A DNA stretch of 64,000 nt from Octopus bimaculoides (lineage: Eukaryota): positions 45,963,668 to 46,027,667 of the forward strand of contig NC_068988.1 of the NCBI RefSeq assembly GCF_001194135.2. Reading direction: 5' to 3'. Made by a program: the position numbers and the translations under genes. A model generated the notes under the pieces. It worked only from the letters and a program-made list of their open reading frames with translations, did not search any database and had not been told where the DNA came from. This document shows, piece by piece, positions 25,406 to 37,899 of the stretch. How positions within the stretch are numbered: position 1 is the stretch's first letter; every line of letters begins with the position of its first letter.

Positions 25406-26178
25406 CATTTCCGAAATAAACACAAGAAATATAAGGGATGGATTAGTTGATATTATTAATTCTAGTACTTGACTAGTACTTAATCTTATAGACTCTGGAG
25501 GGATGACAGACACAGTTGATCCCAATTGGATATGAAAATTCAGAATAAATAAGGCAAAGTATTTTGTCTGACACTCTGACAGTTCTACCATTCTATCCAT
25601 TTGAAGACCTGCCACCATACAGCCATGATAAGATGTATGCTAAATTGTTGATCGTTATGCATATACGCATAACAACATTATATTTGTATAATATATACAT
25701 ATGACATTATATATATATATTTTATACAGATTTATGTCCATTCTTTTTCTTATTTTACACCTGCTAGATTTCCATCTGTTGCTGCTCTTACTTATTCAAA
25801 AGCCAGTCATTTCTTTATAACTCTCACTACCATGCATCGCATGTATAAAGCAAAACATAAAATGCATCTATAATCAATCCCTTATACCATAATTTCACAA
25901 CCCTTTTCTCCCTCCTGAGTAATGCAGGATTAAATTTAATCTGTTAATATCAATAAACTACTCCTTTATCTTTTGCTGCATCTCAGAATTTTGTCAGTGA
26001 GCAGGTCACAGTCTCAAAATGACGAAAATCTTTTGGCAAATTAAATTCAAATGTTGAACTGAATCTAACAGTTTTTGTGTGTTTCTTAAATGGCTTATAA
26101 ACACCTTCTACGCTGCAATTGTTTTCATTCTAGCACACGATCTCAGATCAGGTCACTTGCTATGCAAGTACAGCTCCG

Positions 26179-26227
<49 letters not shown>

Positions 26228-26822
26228 TGTATGTATGTATGTATGTATTCTAATATCACTCCCCTGCTAATCTTTGTGATTCAGCCAAAAAAGTCCTCTG
26301 AATGCCAGCAGTCAACTAACTGTATTTCAATTCCTCACTCTATCTTGCTTTATTCATATACACATTCTTTCTCTCCCTTGACCAAACATATTTCTCCACC
26401 CCCTCCCCTCCAATTTTTTTTTTCTTCAAATACTAATCCCCTTACTAAATTCTGTGATTCGACCAAAACAGCTCCAATGTTTAATACCAGTCAATTGACC
26501 TTACTTACATTCCTCTCACTCCCTTATATTTTCTCCTTATCCCATTTTTGCCCCTTCTTCTAATACTTATTTCTCCTTACATTTATATTTCTCTTATACA
26601 TTTATATACTGTGTTCACTACACATTCTGATTGAGTCTTCTATATATCAACATGTACATCTTTGCGACAGCGTAACCTTTAATTCAATCAAGATATCCTT
26701 GGCCTGAAGAGCAGCTGATGGTACACACCACACTTAAATTTTGACCGCTTCTGAGGTTCTGCCTGCTATGAAACATATAGAGCCCAGATCTTACCTACTC
26801 TATTCCATAACTCTCGTATATG

Positions 26823-26897
<75 letters not shown>

Positions 26898-26899
<2 letters not shown>

Positions 26900-27080
26900 G
26901 CACCATGCTGGCACCAAATAAAAAGCACCCTTTACACTCTGTAAAGTGGTTGGGATTTGAAAGGGCATCCATCCATAGAAACCATGCCAAAACAGACAAC
27001 TGGAGCCTAGTGCAGCTCTCCAGCTGACCAGCCCTGGTCAAACTGTCCAACCTATGCCAGTATGGAAAAACAGACATTAA

Positions 27081-27130
<50 letters not shown>
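26898..27130 (+). mobile_element. Family C short retroposon or RTE-like 3' end with (GAT)n tail
   Basis: ...GGTTGG.ATT.GAAAGGGCATCC...GTCCAACC.ATGCCAG.ATGGAAAA...TTAAATGATGATG is shared with about 9 other copies. Confidence 0.85.
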
Positions 27131-27131
<1 letters not shown>

Positions 27132-28214
27132 GTGATGTGTGTGTGTGTGTTTGTGTGTGCGTGTGTATGTGTGTTATTTATGAAAATGTTAGACACTCTT
27201 ACCATGCACATAATGAGTGTAAAATATATGAGAAAAGAAATGTAATGGTTGGAAACAGTTTCAAGAAGTTCTTGAGTACGTGACCATGTACTTCAGCTGG
27301 TCACTCTCATTTTCAGTATATTAGATAGTAGAGATGAATACAAGTAGGCCTTCATGTCCATACAAACACACAACTGGATTAAAATATTTATATCCATCAC
27401 TCCCTCCTCCCGTCAATTTTTTTTACTGTGACTATAAGGAGTTAACCACCACTTTTGCTGTTGCCATGCATACAATGGGATTTCAAATTCACATTTGAGT
27501 AAATTTGCTTGAATTCATTTTCTGTTTTAAATAACAGAAAATTACAATTGCATTTCATTCCTACATTTATTATTATTATTATTTATTTTGTTTGCTTTCC
27601 TCTCTCATTCATTGTCTTTTTTTCTTTTTCAGTCATTCTCATTATAGCTATCTCTAATTGTGATTTCTTTCTGTCATTTCCATCATTAATTATTTTTCGC
27701 CACAACCTTTGTTTTCATATTTTCCGTTATTGAAGCATTACTAATAATCACTAATAAGCTTATGTGTCAGATCTGTTTTCAATATTCATCACATTTTGTA
27801 ATTACAATTTCATTGCTTTTGCTTTTGAAATGCATAATATAGTTAGATATACTGTTGTATACTAAACAATTAGCACTCCAGGTAAATATAGATTCTGTAT
27901 TCTAAATGTTTGATGACTATCACAAACATAATCCAGCTATGTTACTCAGAATTCTGTTTCCACACTTTCCATTTCCAAAGTATTGTGCAACCTTTCCTTA
28001 TTACAATTCGCTTTCCTGCAATAGTTTCCCAAAATGCTGGAAATAGCTGATACTTTCTTATTTAATAAAGTAAATGGTAGATCAAATGATTAGTAAAACA
28101 ATCAATTAAGTAATTAGTTAATAAGTTGAGTTGTTGGTTTATAATAATAAACAATAATGGAGAATAATACAAAAGAAATGTTAGAATCATTGAACTATGA
28201 TGTACCTAAATATC

Positions 28215-28580
28215 TGGCTGTGTGGTAAGTAGCATGCTTACGATCCAAATGGTTCCGGGTTCAGTCCCACTGCGTGGCACCTTGGGAAGTGTCTTCTACT
28301 ATACCCTCAGGCCGACAAAATCCTTGTGAGTGGATTTGGTAGACGGAAACTGAAAGAAGCCCGTTGTATATATGTATATATATATATATGTGTGTGTGTG
28401 TGTATGTGTCTGTGTTTGTCCACCTAACATCGCTTGACAACCAATGCTGGTGTGTTTACGTCCTTGTAACCTAGTGGTTCGGCAAAAGAGACCGGTCCTG
28501 GGGTTGATTAGCTCGACTAAAAAGGCAGTGCTCCAGCATGGCCACAGTCAAATGACTGAAACAAGTAAAAGAGTAAAGAG
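28215..28580 (+). mobile_element. SINE family A
   Basis: Homologous to 19374-19790. Confidence 0.92.
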
Positions 28581-29139
28581 TATAAAGGAACAACAAGCAT
28601 CATACAAACCTTCACACATGCACACATGCACTTACACATACACACACACACATACATACACATGTGTGTAAACATGCACACAGTTAAATTGTAAGCCAAG
28701 AGCACATACATTCACACACTTACACGCGTACCAAAATCTATGATAAATACAGAAAATAAAACACAGCACATCTGCTTTCAATTGTATTGTGACAGAACTG
28801 GAGTATGGGAGCATGTCAGTGATGAGCTTGCAAAGGGTGATGAAGGACTCTGACAAACCTATTGTTTGATAGAAAGCTCAAATGATTAGTCGGGCACTCA
28901 ACTAGTCAATTGGCTAGATACCTGTTCTTGTCTCTCTCTCTCTCTATCATACTTTAGCCTCTAAGCACCTGGCATAAAGACCATCTCCCCTTCCTCCCCC
29001 TTCCCCCTTCACCCCACACAGATGAAGTATTGAAGGCCAGTCTCAAAACACTGCACCTTACAAAAGGAAATGACAAAGGACCGAGATATCTAGCACCTTG
29101 CTGTACTCATGTAGACCCGTCCACCACTGCAGAATTAAT

Positions 29140-29645
29140 ACCAGTGCTGGTGCCATATAAAAAGCACTTACACTAGTGCTATGTTAGAAGCCCTGGGGCT
29201 GGTGCCACATAAAAAGCACCCAGTACACTCTGTGGAGTGGTTGGCATTAGGAAGAGCATCCATCCACAGAAAGCATCCCAAAACAGACGATGGAGTCTGG
29301 TGCAGCCCCTTGCCTTACCAGCTCCGGTCAAACTGTCCAGCTCATGCCAGCATGGAAAATGGACGTTAAATGATGATGAAAGCAACACACTTAGCATGGT
29401 TGGGGCTTTTTTCTTGTCTGATCTTTTCAGCCTTGCAGCTTGCTCAGTTTCCCCACTGGTGCCAGTGACACAATAAAAGCCCCCATTACTAACTCTAAGG
29501 TGGCTGGCATTAGTAAGGGTATCCAACCATAGAAAATATGACAAAGTTGCAGCTGGAGCTTGGTGCAGTCCTGCAGTTTGCTGGATTCTGTCAAATCAGT
29601 CAACCCATGCCAGCATGGAAAATGGATGTTAAATGATGATGACGA
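29140..29645 (+). mobile_element. Two tandem family C copies (29140-29380 and 29455-29645)
   Basis: Both end in ...CCAGCATGGAAAATGGA.GTTAAATGATGATG. Confidence 0.85.
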
Positions 29646-30041
29646 AAAGCTGAGCTGGAAAATGATAGATTATTTGTAGTAAAGAAATCAAATACAAACG
29701 TTGTCAAATAAAAATGTTAGAATTCAGAGAAAATAGAATTAAAAACGTTTATCAAGAAAAGAATGGAGCACGTGGAACAAGAACACACACGAAAGCGAAG
29801 AATGTCACGGAAGAGGTCACAGATGTGTGACAAAAGATTTCCAGACAATGGACATGAGTTAAAAAAATAAAATAAGATCAGTAATAAATGAGTGAAGAAA
29901 AAATATATAGAGTGCGTGTGTATGTTAGGCAAACAAAAATAATAAAAAAACAGATATAAAAATAAAATGACCATCCTGAAATACAGCAATAGAATTAAAA
30001 ACTTTATGTTTGTTGAATATTGTCAGTATGCTTCATCTATA

Positions 30042-30429
30042 GTGGAGGCGCAATGGCCCAGTGTTTAGGGCAGCGGACTAGCGGTCATAGGATCGCGGTT
30101 TCAATTCCCAGACTGGGCATTGTGAGTATTTATTGAGCGAAAACACCTAAAGCTCCACGAGGCTCCGGCAGGGGATGGTGGCGAACCCTGCTGTACTCTT
30201 TCACCAGAACTTTCTCTCACTCTTTCTTCCTGTTTCTGTTGTGCCCTTGTAATTCAAAGGGCCAGCCTTGTCACACTGTGTCACACTGAATCTCCCCGAG
30301 AACTAAGTTAATGGTACACGTGTCTGTGGAGTACTCAGCCACTTGCACGTTAATTTCACAAGCAGGCTGTTTCGTTGATCGGATCAACTAGAACCCTTGA
30401 TGTTGTAAGCGACGGAGTGCCAACAACAA
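30042..30429 (+). mobile_element. SINE family D, full length
   Basis: Near-identical to 1093-1481. Imperfect 12-bp TSD GCTTCATCTATA (30030-30041) / GCTTCAGCTATA (30430-30441). Confidence 0.92.
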
Positions 30430-30785
30430 GCTTCAGCTATAATGCTGAATTATTCTTCCTTAATTTCTATTTCTGAAATATAATGCAACATTGAATTATC
30501 ACAAATTCCTTTCCTGTAATGGCTGTCCAACATGCTAGAAATAACAGCTAGAGCACCAGAAACCAGACAACTTTTTTTCGCTGTATAGTCAGTATTACTG
30601 TTTGTTGTTGCTTAGCCCAAGGTCAGCTTTGATGAAGCAGATCTATGATGAAAGACATCCTGTTTGTCTTGCCCTTTTGCTTTTTCTAACAAATATATCT
30701 AGAAGTACCTTACAATCCAACACTACTTTCTTTCTAGAAAAATTATTGTGTGATATAGCTATGTTTTGGTTGCTATATTTAACAG

Positions 30786-30880
30786 ATCAGAGGACGTATT
30801 TCAATCTCTCTCATTGACTTGTGAGCAATTACTGTATATTTGTGAATACTGGGTTGATCAAATGACAAAAAAGAAAGAAG
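30786..30880 (+). CDS. Candidate internal coding exon of an unidentified gene (SEDVFQSLSLTCEQLLYICEYWVDQMTKKKE)
   Basis: Acceptor gttttggttgctatatttaacag and donor AAG|gtaaaa. Only one of three frames is open. Phase 2 in, phase 1 out. Confidence 0.45.
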
Positions 30881-31496
30881 GTAAAAAACGTTTATTGAGT
30901 CAATGCTGAGTTGTTTATTTTGCTAGAGAGCATGTTTTATTATCACAGGGATTTCTCTTTGTTTTCAATACTGAGAGAAGAACAGCTAAGGTGTGAGCTT
31001 CTGTTTACTCTAGTAACCACCTTTAGAGTTGTAAAAGTAAGATGCAATGAAATTTAGTTTCAATAAACATATTATTATAACAGAATGCAGTCTAATCGTA
31101 TACAAATAACAGGTGTGTTGAAGCAGACAACAACAAAACGAACAGTTATTTAAATCTGTTAATATGAAAACAGGAAAGAAAAAATTTCTATAAATTATTA
31201 AAATCAAAATAACTAACAGCTAATAGAATTAATAAGCGCTTGCATCAACTTAAAATAAAAAACTCTGAAGATGTCTACAAATGTGGTCAAAAATACAGCT
31301 GAACATTTTTGCTCTTTTTTTGTCTGTTATTATGTGAAATATTGTGGACTCCTTTTGTACAATAATCAATTAATATACAGTTAGAGAATATCAATTGCTT
31401 GATGTTGCTTAGGTGAAGTGGGAAGATATGGTGTAGAGCTTTCCATCCCATTCTAGTCTAGGAAAATTATGTGTTAAAATAATACTGATGATAGGT

Positions 31497-31656
31497 ACAG
31501 GTATGGCTGTGAGGCATGAAGATTGCTTCTTAACTACATGGTCCCAAGTTCAGTCCTCCCACTGCATGGCATCTTGGACAAGTTTCTTCTGCTATTGTCT
31601 CGGGTCAAACAAAGTCTTGTGAGTGGATCTGGTAGAAGGAAACTGAAAGAATCCCA

Positions 31657-31660
<4 letters not shown>
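31497..31660 (+). mobile_element. SINE family A, 5' half
   Basis: Head and body up to the (CA)n tract match the other family A copies. Confidence 0.8.
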
Positions 31661-31696
<36 letters not shown>

Positions 31697-33074
31697 TCGT
31701 TTATATTTATATAAGGGGCATTACTATAGAATAATGCCACACGCTGGACTTCCCAAAATAAACACATTTAGTACTGAATGTGAGGAAAAACAACCAACAG
31801 CAGAAGNNNNNNNNNNNNNNNNNNNNNNNNNNNNNNNNNNNNNNNNNNNNNNNNNNNNNNNNNNNNNNNNNNNNNNNNNNNNNNNNNNNNNNNNNNNNNN
31901 NNNNNNNNNNNNNNNNNNNNNNNNNNNNNNNNNNNNNNNNNNNNNNNNNNNNNNNNNNNNNNNNNNNNNNNNNNNNNNNNNNNNNNNNNNNNNNNNNNNN
32001 NNNNNNNNNNNNNNNNNNNNNNNNNNNNNNNNNNNNNNNNNNNNNNNNNNNNNNNNNNNNNNNNNNNNNNNNNNNNNNNNNNNNNNNNNNNNNNNNNNNN
32101 NNNNNNNNNNNNNNNNNNNNNNNNNNNNNNNNNNNNNNNNNNNNNNNNNNNNNNNNNNNNNNNNNNNNNNNNNNNNNNNNNNNNNNNNNNNNNNNNNNNN
32201 NNNNNNNNNNNNNNNNNNNNNNNNNNNNNNNNNNNNNNNNNNNNNNNNNNNNNNNNNNNNNNNNNNNNNNNNNNNNNNNNNNNNNNNNNNNNNNNNNNNN
32301 NNNNNNNNNNNNNNNNNNNNNNNNNNNNNNNNNNNNNNNNNNNNNNNNNNNNNNNNNNNNNNNNNNNNNNNNNNNNNNNNNNNNNNNNNNNNNNNNNNNN
32401 NNNNNNNNNNNNNNNNNNNNNNNNNNNNNNNNNNNNNNNGATGATGGTGGTGGCGCTGGTGTTGATCATGAAATATATCAATTATGACTATATGATTCAG
32501 AGATATGTAGGGGACAAAAATGATCAATGTTAATTAATTTCTCTTTGATTACAATTTACATTGCCACCTGTTTCCCACACCTTATCTTGCACCCTACTCC
32601 ACACGTTCTCACCACATCAAACTAAAGTATACACAGCACTGTACACCTACACTTTCTTTCACTTTTATAGCAAAAACCAATAGGCTTGTCATTCATTATA
32701 CAGAAACACCTTTGTTTGAAATATTTTTTTTTAATTTGTCAAATTAGTTTTGTCAGTGATCACCAGCAATTGACGACAGCAGTGACAAGAACAATTTGTT
32801 GATCTAACTTACAATCAATCAGCCAATATACATAGTGTCATTGAGGGTGAGAAGTTGGTTCAATCAGTGTAGTATTAAATTAAATACTAAATAATTGAAT
32901 TTTTGTTTCTCTTCTTTCTGATTTCAAATCTTTTGATGACTGATATTTTCATTTCATGCTATTAATGTTAATAAAATAAAATACCAGTAATATGCTGGTC
33001 ACTTTAATTGAAGCAGGCATACTTCACACATTGCGCTCATGTATTGGAGACAAAGATGTAATATACAAGACAGA

Positions 33075-33477
33075 AGGTGGCGAGCTGGCAGAAACGTTAG
33101 CATGCCGGGCGAAATGCTTAGTGGTATTTCGTCTGCCGTTACGTTCTGAGTTCAAATTCCGCTGAGGTCGACTATGCCTTTCATCCTTTCGGGATCAATA
33201 AATTAAGTACCAGTTATGCACTGGGGTAGATATAATCGACTTAATTCCTTTGTCTATTCTTGTTTGTCCCCTCTATGTTTAACTTCTTATGGGCAATAAA
33301 GAAATAAGAAACGTTAGCACATCAGATGAAATGCTTAGTGGTATTTCGTCTGTCTTTACGTTCTGAGTTCAAATTCTGCTGAAGTCGACTTTGCCTTTTG
33401 TGGTCGATAAATTAAGTACTAATCGACTGGTCCCCTCCCCCAAAATTTTGGGCCTTGTGCCTAGAATAGAAAAGGAT
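33075..33477 (+). mobile_element. Dimeric SINE family B
   Basis: Two tandem tRNA-like heads (...GAAACGTTAGCA...GTTCTGAGTTCAAATTC) about 235 bp apart, each followed by a different tail. Confidence 0.9.
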
Positions 33478-33589
33478 ATGATCATAAAATATCAACTGTC
33501 TTTTAAATAACTTTCTTATGGTAAGATTTGAGTTTGCTGTCTTATCAATTCTACAGTATTATTTTCTAACAATAATAATAATTGTTTTT

Positions 33590-33990
33590 ACCATAGGCAC
33601 AAGGACAGACATTTCTGAGAGAGTAAGCAGCCAGTTATATCTATTACCTAGTATTAGACATGTACTTATTTTATTAACTCTGATAGGGAAGATAGCAAAA
33701 TTGATCATGGTGGGATTTGAACTCAAAATATATAGAACCAGAAAAAAAAAAAAACTTCGAGATTTTTTTCATTGGTGCACTAACAATTCTACCATCCTCT
33801 TACCTATTTAGCAATAATAATGGTTTCTTAATTTTGGCACTTTGACAGGTAATTTTTTTTTATCGACTTTAAAAGGATGAAAGGCAAAGTTGAACTTGGA
33901 GGGATTGAACTCAGAATATAAAGAGCCAGAAATACTGCAAGATAATGTTTTTCCAATGCTCTAATGACTCTGCCATTCTACCACCTTGTT
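33590..33990 (-). mobile_element. Two degenerate SINE family B copies
   Basis: GATTTGAACTC/GATTGAACTCAGAA B-box complements and the GGATGAAAGGCAAAGTTGA body are present. Confidence 0.75.
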
Positions 33991-35243
33991 TGGCAATAAC
34001 AATAGTATTAACTGTCATGGAATCTATTTATTGTTAGGTGGAATTTACTAACAACAGTTCAATGCCTTGATCTTTGACATAATATATTACTAGCAATAGG
34101 ATACAGAGTGTTGATGTTTCATCTGTTAAAGCAACATTGTACAGATTCAGTTAAATACAACTCTCTGAGCTCTAAAATTTGTCGATAATCAGTAACTATT
34201 TAACTTTACTACAATGATACATTGTAAATAGTTAATGAGGCTGTTATTACACACTGAATCATTGATATATTTCTGTTTGGGGCTTTTATTTTCCAATGAT
34301 TTTAAAATTGTTTTTGTGTGCTGATATGTATACATTTATGACACTATGTCTGTAGGTGCATTTGTGATAATGGACATGACTGTGTCTTTGTTAAGTGATT
34401 TTGCTTGAAAATTAAATGTCTCAGTCGAAATGTTTAGATACGTACATATATATGCATATACATATTTCTGTGTCTATGTACGAATCTAAGTATGTGTACA
34501 CATGCATGTGTGTACATTTTTTAATCCTGTGTGAATGTGTTTTGCTTGTTTAAATAAGTATTTGTGCTTGTATGATGCAAAATGTCGTTTGTGTAACTTC
34601 CTATCATTGTTCAATGCAGTTTTGAATGACTCTCTGTTTGTGCATATATGTGTTTGTAAAGAAGTTAGGGGATTTTTATTGACTTTAAAAATCACTTGAT
34701 AATCTTGTGCATACAGCTGTGAATGTATTCCCTCACTGAGAAGGTTAATGTTTGCATTTATCTGTTTTATTTAGCTTTTAGCAACATATAAAGATGATGA
34801 GTTTACGTTATGTTTGAGAGAGCAATGAAGGGAACCAGGAGACCAAAAATTTTTTAATAAACAATAAAAATTCCTGCTGCATAAACAATAAAATAAACAA
34901 TGAAAAAATTCTAAAAATTAAAATATAAAACCCCTTCATAGTTTCCTTGAAATGTTGTTCTTTGTTTGCAGCCCACTATACATGCATGTCCAGGTTTCTT
35001 GACATGTTTTTATATATATGCAGTTTGGTAGACTGCGGGAATTATTATTATTCTTAGAAACAAGCGAGTGTTGATATCAGGAAAGGTAGCAAGCCATAAA
35101 AAAAATTGTGCCTCAGCATAGTCTCATCTTATTCAATCAAGCATGGAAAAGTAAACATTGAAGATGATGATGATAATGATGACACAAACACACACACACA
35201 CACACTCACACACACACACTCACACACACACACACACACACAT

Positions 35244-35281
<38 letters not shown>

Positions 35282-35310
35282 TTGAAGGTTTGGAGGTGAT
35301 GTACAGGTAT

Positions 35311-35650
35311 TATATATTAGAAAAAATAATAAGGTACTCAGATATCTGGATGGTTGTACATTTACAGATTTTTATTAATATGTCACATGTTTTTATAAAT
35401 CATATATTGNNNNNNNNNNTGGTTGTACATTTACAGATTTTTATTAATATGTCACATGTTTTTATAAATCATATATTGGTGCTTGCATCTACTCTAATAG
35501 ATTCTTCAGATTTAAAATCTGAGGAATCTATTAGAGTAGATGAAAGCACTGATATATGATTTATAAAAACATGTGACATATTAATAAAAATCTGTAAATG
35601 TACAACTATCCAGATCTTTGAGTACCTTATTATTCTTTTTCTAATATATA
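35311..35650. mobile_element. Foldback or MITE-like near-perfect palindrome with about 130-bp arms and a 1-nt spacer
   Basis: Centre CAGATTT-A-AAATCTG at 35514. The arms pair out to TA-rich flanks. It contains a 10-N gap (35410-35419) with a duplicated 59-bp flank. Confidence 0.8.
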
Positions 35651-35704
35651 TATATATTATATATGTTTGTGTGTGTGTGTATTCATCAAAGTTTGCATGT
35701 CCCT

Positions 35705-36340
35705 TGCACTATGGAATAAAGGTGCAATCACCAGCAAACAGCACTTCCAAGAAGGACATATGTTTGGTCTCAGTCTTAGCTTTTAGTTGAAATATCTTAA
35801 ACATTTGGCACTCAGGACTTTTCTGTATCTATATCCATGTTGTTCTACTGCATGATTCTCCAGGCAGCAGACAGTTTGGTATAATTTTAATTTCCCAACA
35901 TTATTCATAGGACTTCTTATAAAAGATTCAAGGGTTAATAATTTTACACACACTAGTAACATTTTCTTGGTGAACTGGGGTAAGCACAGCAAATAGGGGA
36001 AACCAAAACATACTGATTTTACAGATATGGCTAAGTCTGATCAAGATACATCCTCAGTATGATGTATTTCCACCTCTTTGACTTCTATTCAAGGAGTTAT
36101 GAGAAGTTAAAGTCCATCATATGCCATCTTAATGGTGTGAGATGTTGTTTGATAATCTAGTTGGCAGGGAGATACCCTTTGATTCCTCTAACTTCTTCTA
36201 GTGTCTGGAAATCAGCCTCATTATCAGGTAATCTTAGAGAGGTTGTCAATTTCGTTGCTGGTAGCCCAACGCTGCACTGATTGGACTTGCTTCCTGATTA
36301 TCAGTAGCTAATCTCTAGTCAGCAGATATCTGATCAGATA
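35705..36340 (-). mobile_element. Degenerate RTE (BovB-like) LINE RT fragment
   Basis: MFKIFQLKAKTETKHMSFLEVLFAGDCTF corresponds to the RTE LFNL.RL.AKTK......ELLFADDCAL catalytic region. Many stops. Confidence 0.65.
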
Positions 36341-36344
36341 TGTT

Positions 36345-36385
<41 letters not shown>

Positions 36386-36386
36386 G

Positions 36387-37278
36387 CGGGGTGCAGTGAA
36401 TAAACTATTGTCTAAATTACACAAAAATGAAAAACACACTGACATCTCATTTTAACAGATGTATTTACCAAAATTACATTAAAATATCTTGAAATACTAA
36501 TGAGTAAATTTATTCTGTAAAATCGTCATTGGCTTTAACCACAGCATCCAGACGACTTCAAAATCTCCTGCAACTCTTCTTGATGGTCTCCTTGTTTAAG
36601 TTGGTGAATGTTGTCATAATCCTTGCCTTCAGTCCATCTTTGGTGTTACAAGGAGTTTTATTGGTCTCTTGCTCAACTGTGTCCTACGCATAATAATCAA
36701 GGGTATTGCAGTCTGTGGGGTCAGGTGACCAGATGTTAGGGGTGATGTGGTTTCAGAAATTGTCTGAGAGCCATGTCTGGGTTCTCCTGCTTGTGTGGCA
36801 TGGGGCAGAATCCTGTAGCCAGACATAGGGTCTTCCAGCAGTCACTCTCTTGACCCAGGGCAGCACTACCTCCTCTTGGCACTTGATGTAGCCCTTCATG
36901 TTGAGTCTGAGGCTGTGTGGGAAGATGAATGGCGGCATAATGTTGCCATCACTAGTGATCACTCCAAACACCATGATGTTAACTGGATGTCTGATTTTTA
37001 TCACTCTTGGTACATGTCCTCAGATTGCACTATCCTCAGATTGACTCCCAAACACTCTGAAATGTTCATATTGGAGCCTCTGGTGTGAATGCCGAGCAAT
37101 ACAGCTTGTTGCTTCTAATTTTCTGGCAGAGTGAATTGTGTTATGGTACTGTTTTTCTTCTCACAGACAGTGCCCAACTGACCCTACTATACTGTGTAAA
37201 CAATAAAATCAAAACCAAGCAATGCTCATGCACAAAATTAAAAGTATAAAATGGTGACAATTTACTCACTGCACCCTG
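36387..37278 (-). mobile_element. Internally deleted mariner (DD37D/maT) transposon with both TIRs
   Basis: TIRs CGGGGTGCAGTGAATAAA / TTTACTCACTGCACCCTG with TA at 37279-37280. Translation IMVFGVITSDG...WLQDSAPCHTSRRTQTWLSDNF*NHITPNIWSPDPTDCNTLDY has 37 residues between the second and third catalytic Asp. Confidence 0.92.
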
Positions 37279-37304
37279 TATGTGTGTACATACATACATA
37301 TATA

Positions 37305-37684
37305 TCATCATCATCATCATCATTGTTTAATGCCCGCTTTCCATGCTAGCATGGGTTGGACAATTTGACTGAGGACTGGCAAACCAGATGGCTGCACCAG
37401 GCTCTAATCTGATCTGGCAGAGTTTCTACAGATGGGTGCCCTTGTTAATGCCAACCATTCCGAAATGTAGTGGGTGCTTTTACGTGCCACCGACACGAGG
37501 GCCAGTCAGGTGGTACTTGCAATGGTCACGCTCAAATGGTGTATTTTATGTGCCACCTGCACAGGAGCCAGTCCAGTGGCACTGGCAATGACCTCGCTCA
37601 AATGTTTTTTTTCGTGCCAGCGGCACAAGTGCCAGTAAGGCAATGCTGGTAATGATCACACTCAAATGGTGCTTTTTACGTGCC
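37305..37684 (-). mobile_element. Family C retroposon with tandem 63-66-bp units at its 5' side, running into a gap
   Basis: (CAT)n tail at 37305. The unit GGTGCTTTTACGTGCCACC..CAC...GCCAGT...CTGGCAATG..CACGCTCAAAT occurs at least 3.3 times. Confidence 0.88.
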
Positions 37685-37843
37685 NNNNNNNNNNNNNNNN
37701 NNNNNNNNNNNNNNNNNNNNNNNNNNNNNNNNNNNNNNNNNNNNNNNNNNNNNNNNNNNNNNNNNNNNNNNNNNNNNNNNNNNNNNNNNNNNNNNNNNNN
37801 NNNNNNNNNNNNNNNNNNNNNNNNNNNNNNNNNNNNNNNNNNN

Positions 37844-37899
<56 letters not shown>

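Noticed and set aside
26700-26790. CTGAAGAG-CAG...CTGC-TAT-GAAAC hammerhead-like spacing (also CAGATGAAG at about 29020 and TTGATGAAG at about 57773)
   Set aside because: There are extra bases or core mutations and no consistent helices I and III.
35351-35478. Exact 59-bp tandem duplication around a 10-N gap
   Set aside because: Identical flanks across a minimal gap indicate overlapping contig ends, not biology.
37470-37684. CRISPR-like repeat-spacer array
   Set aside because: The context is eukaryotic, whole units are homologous (no unique spacers), they belong to a retroposon, and there are no cas genes.
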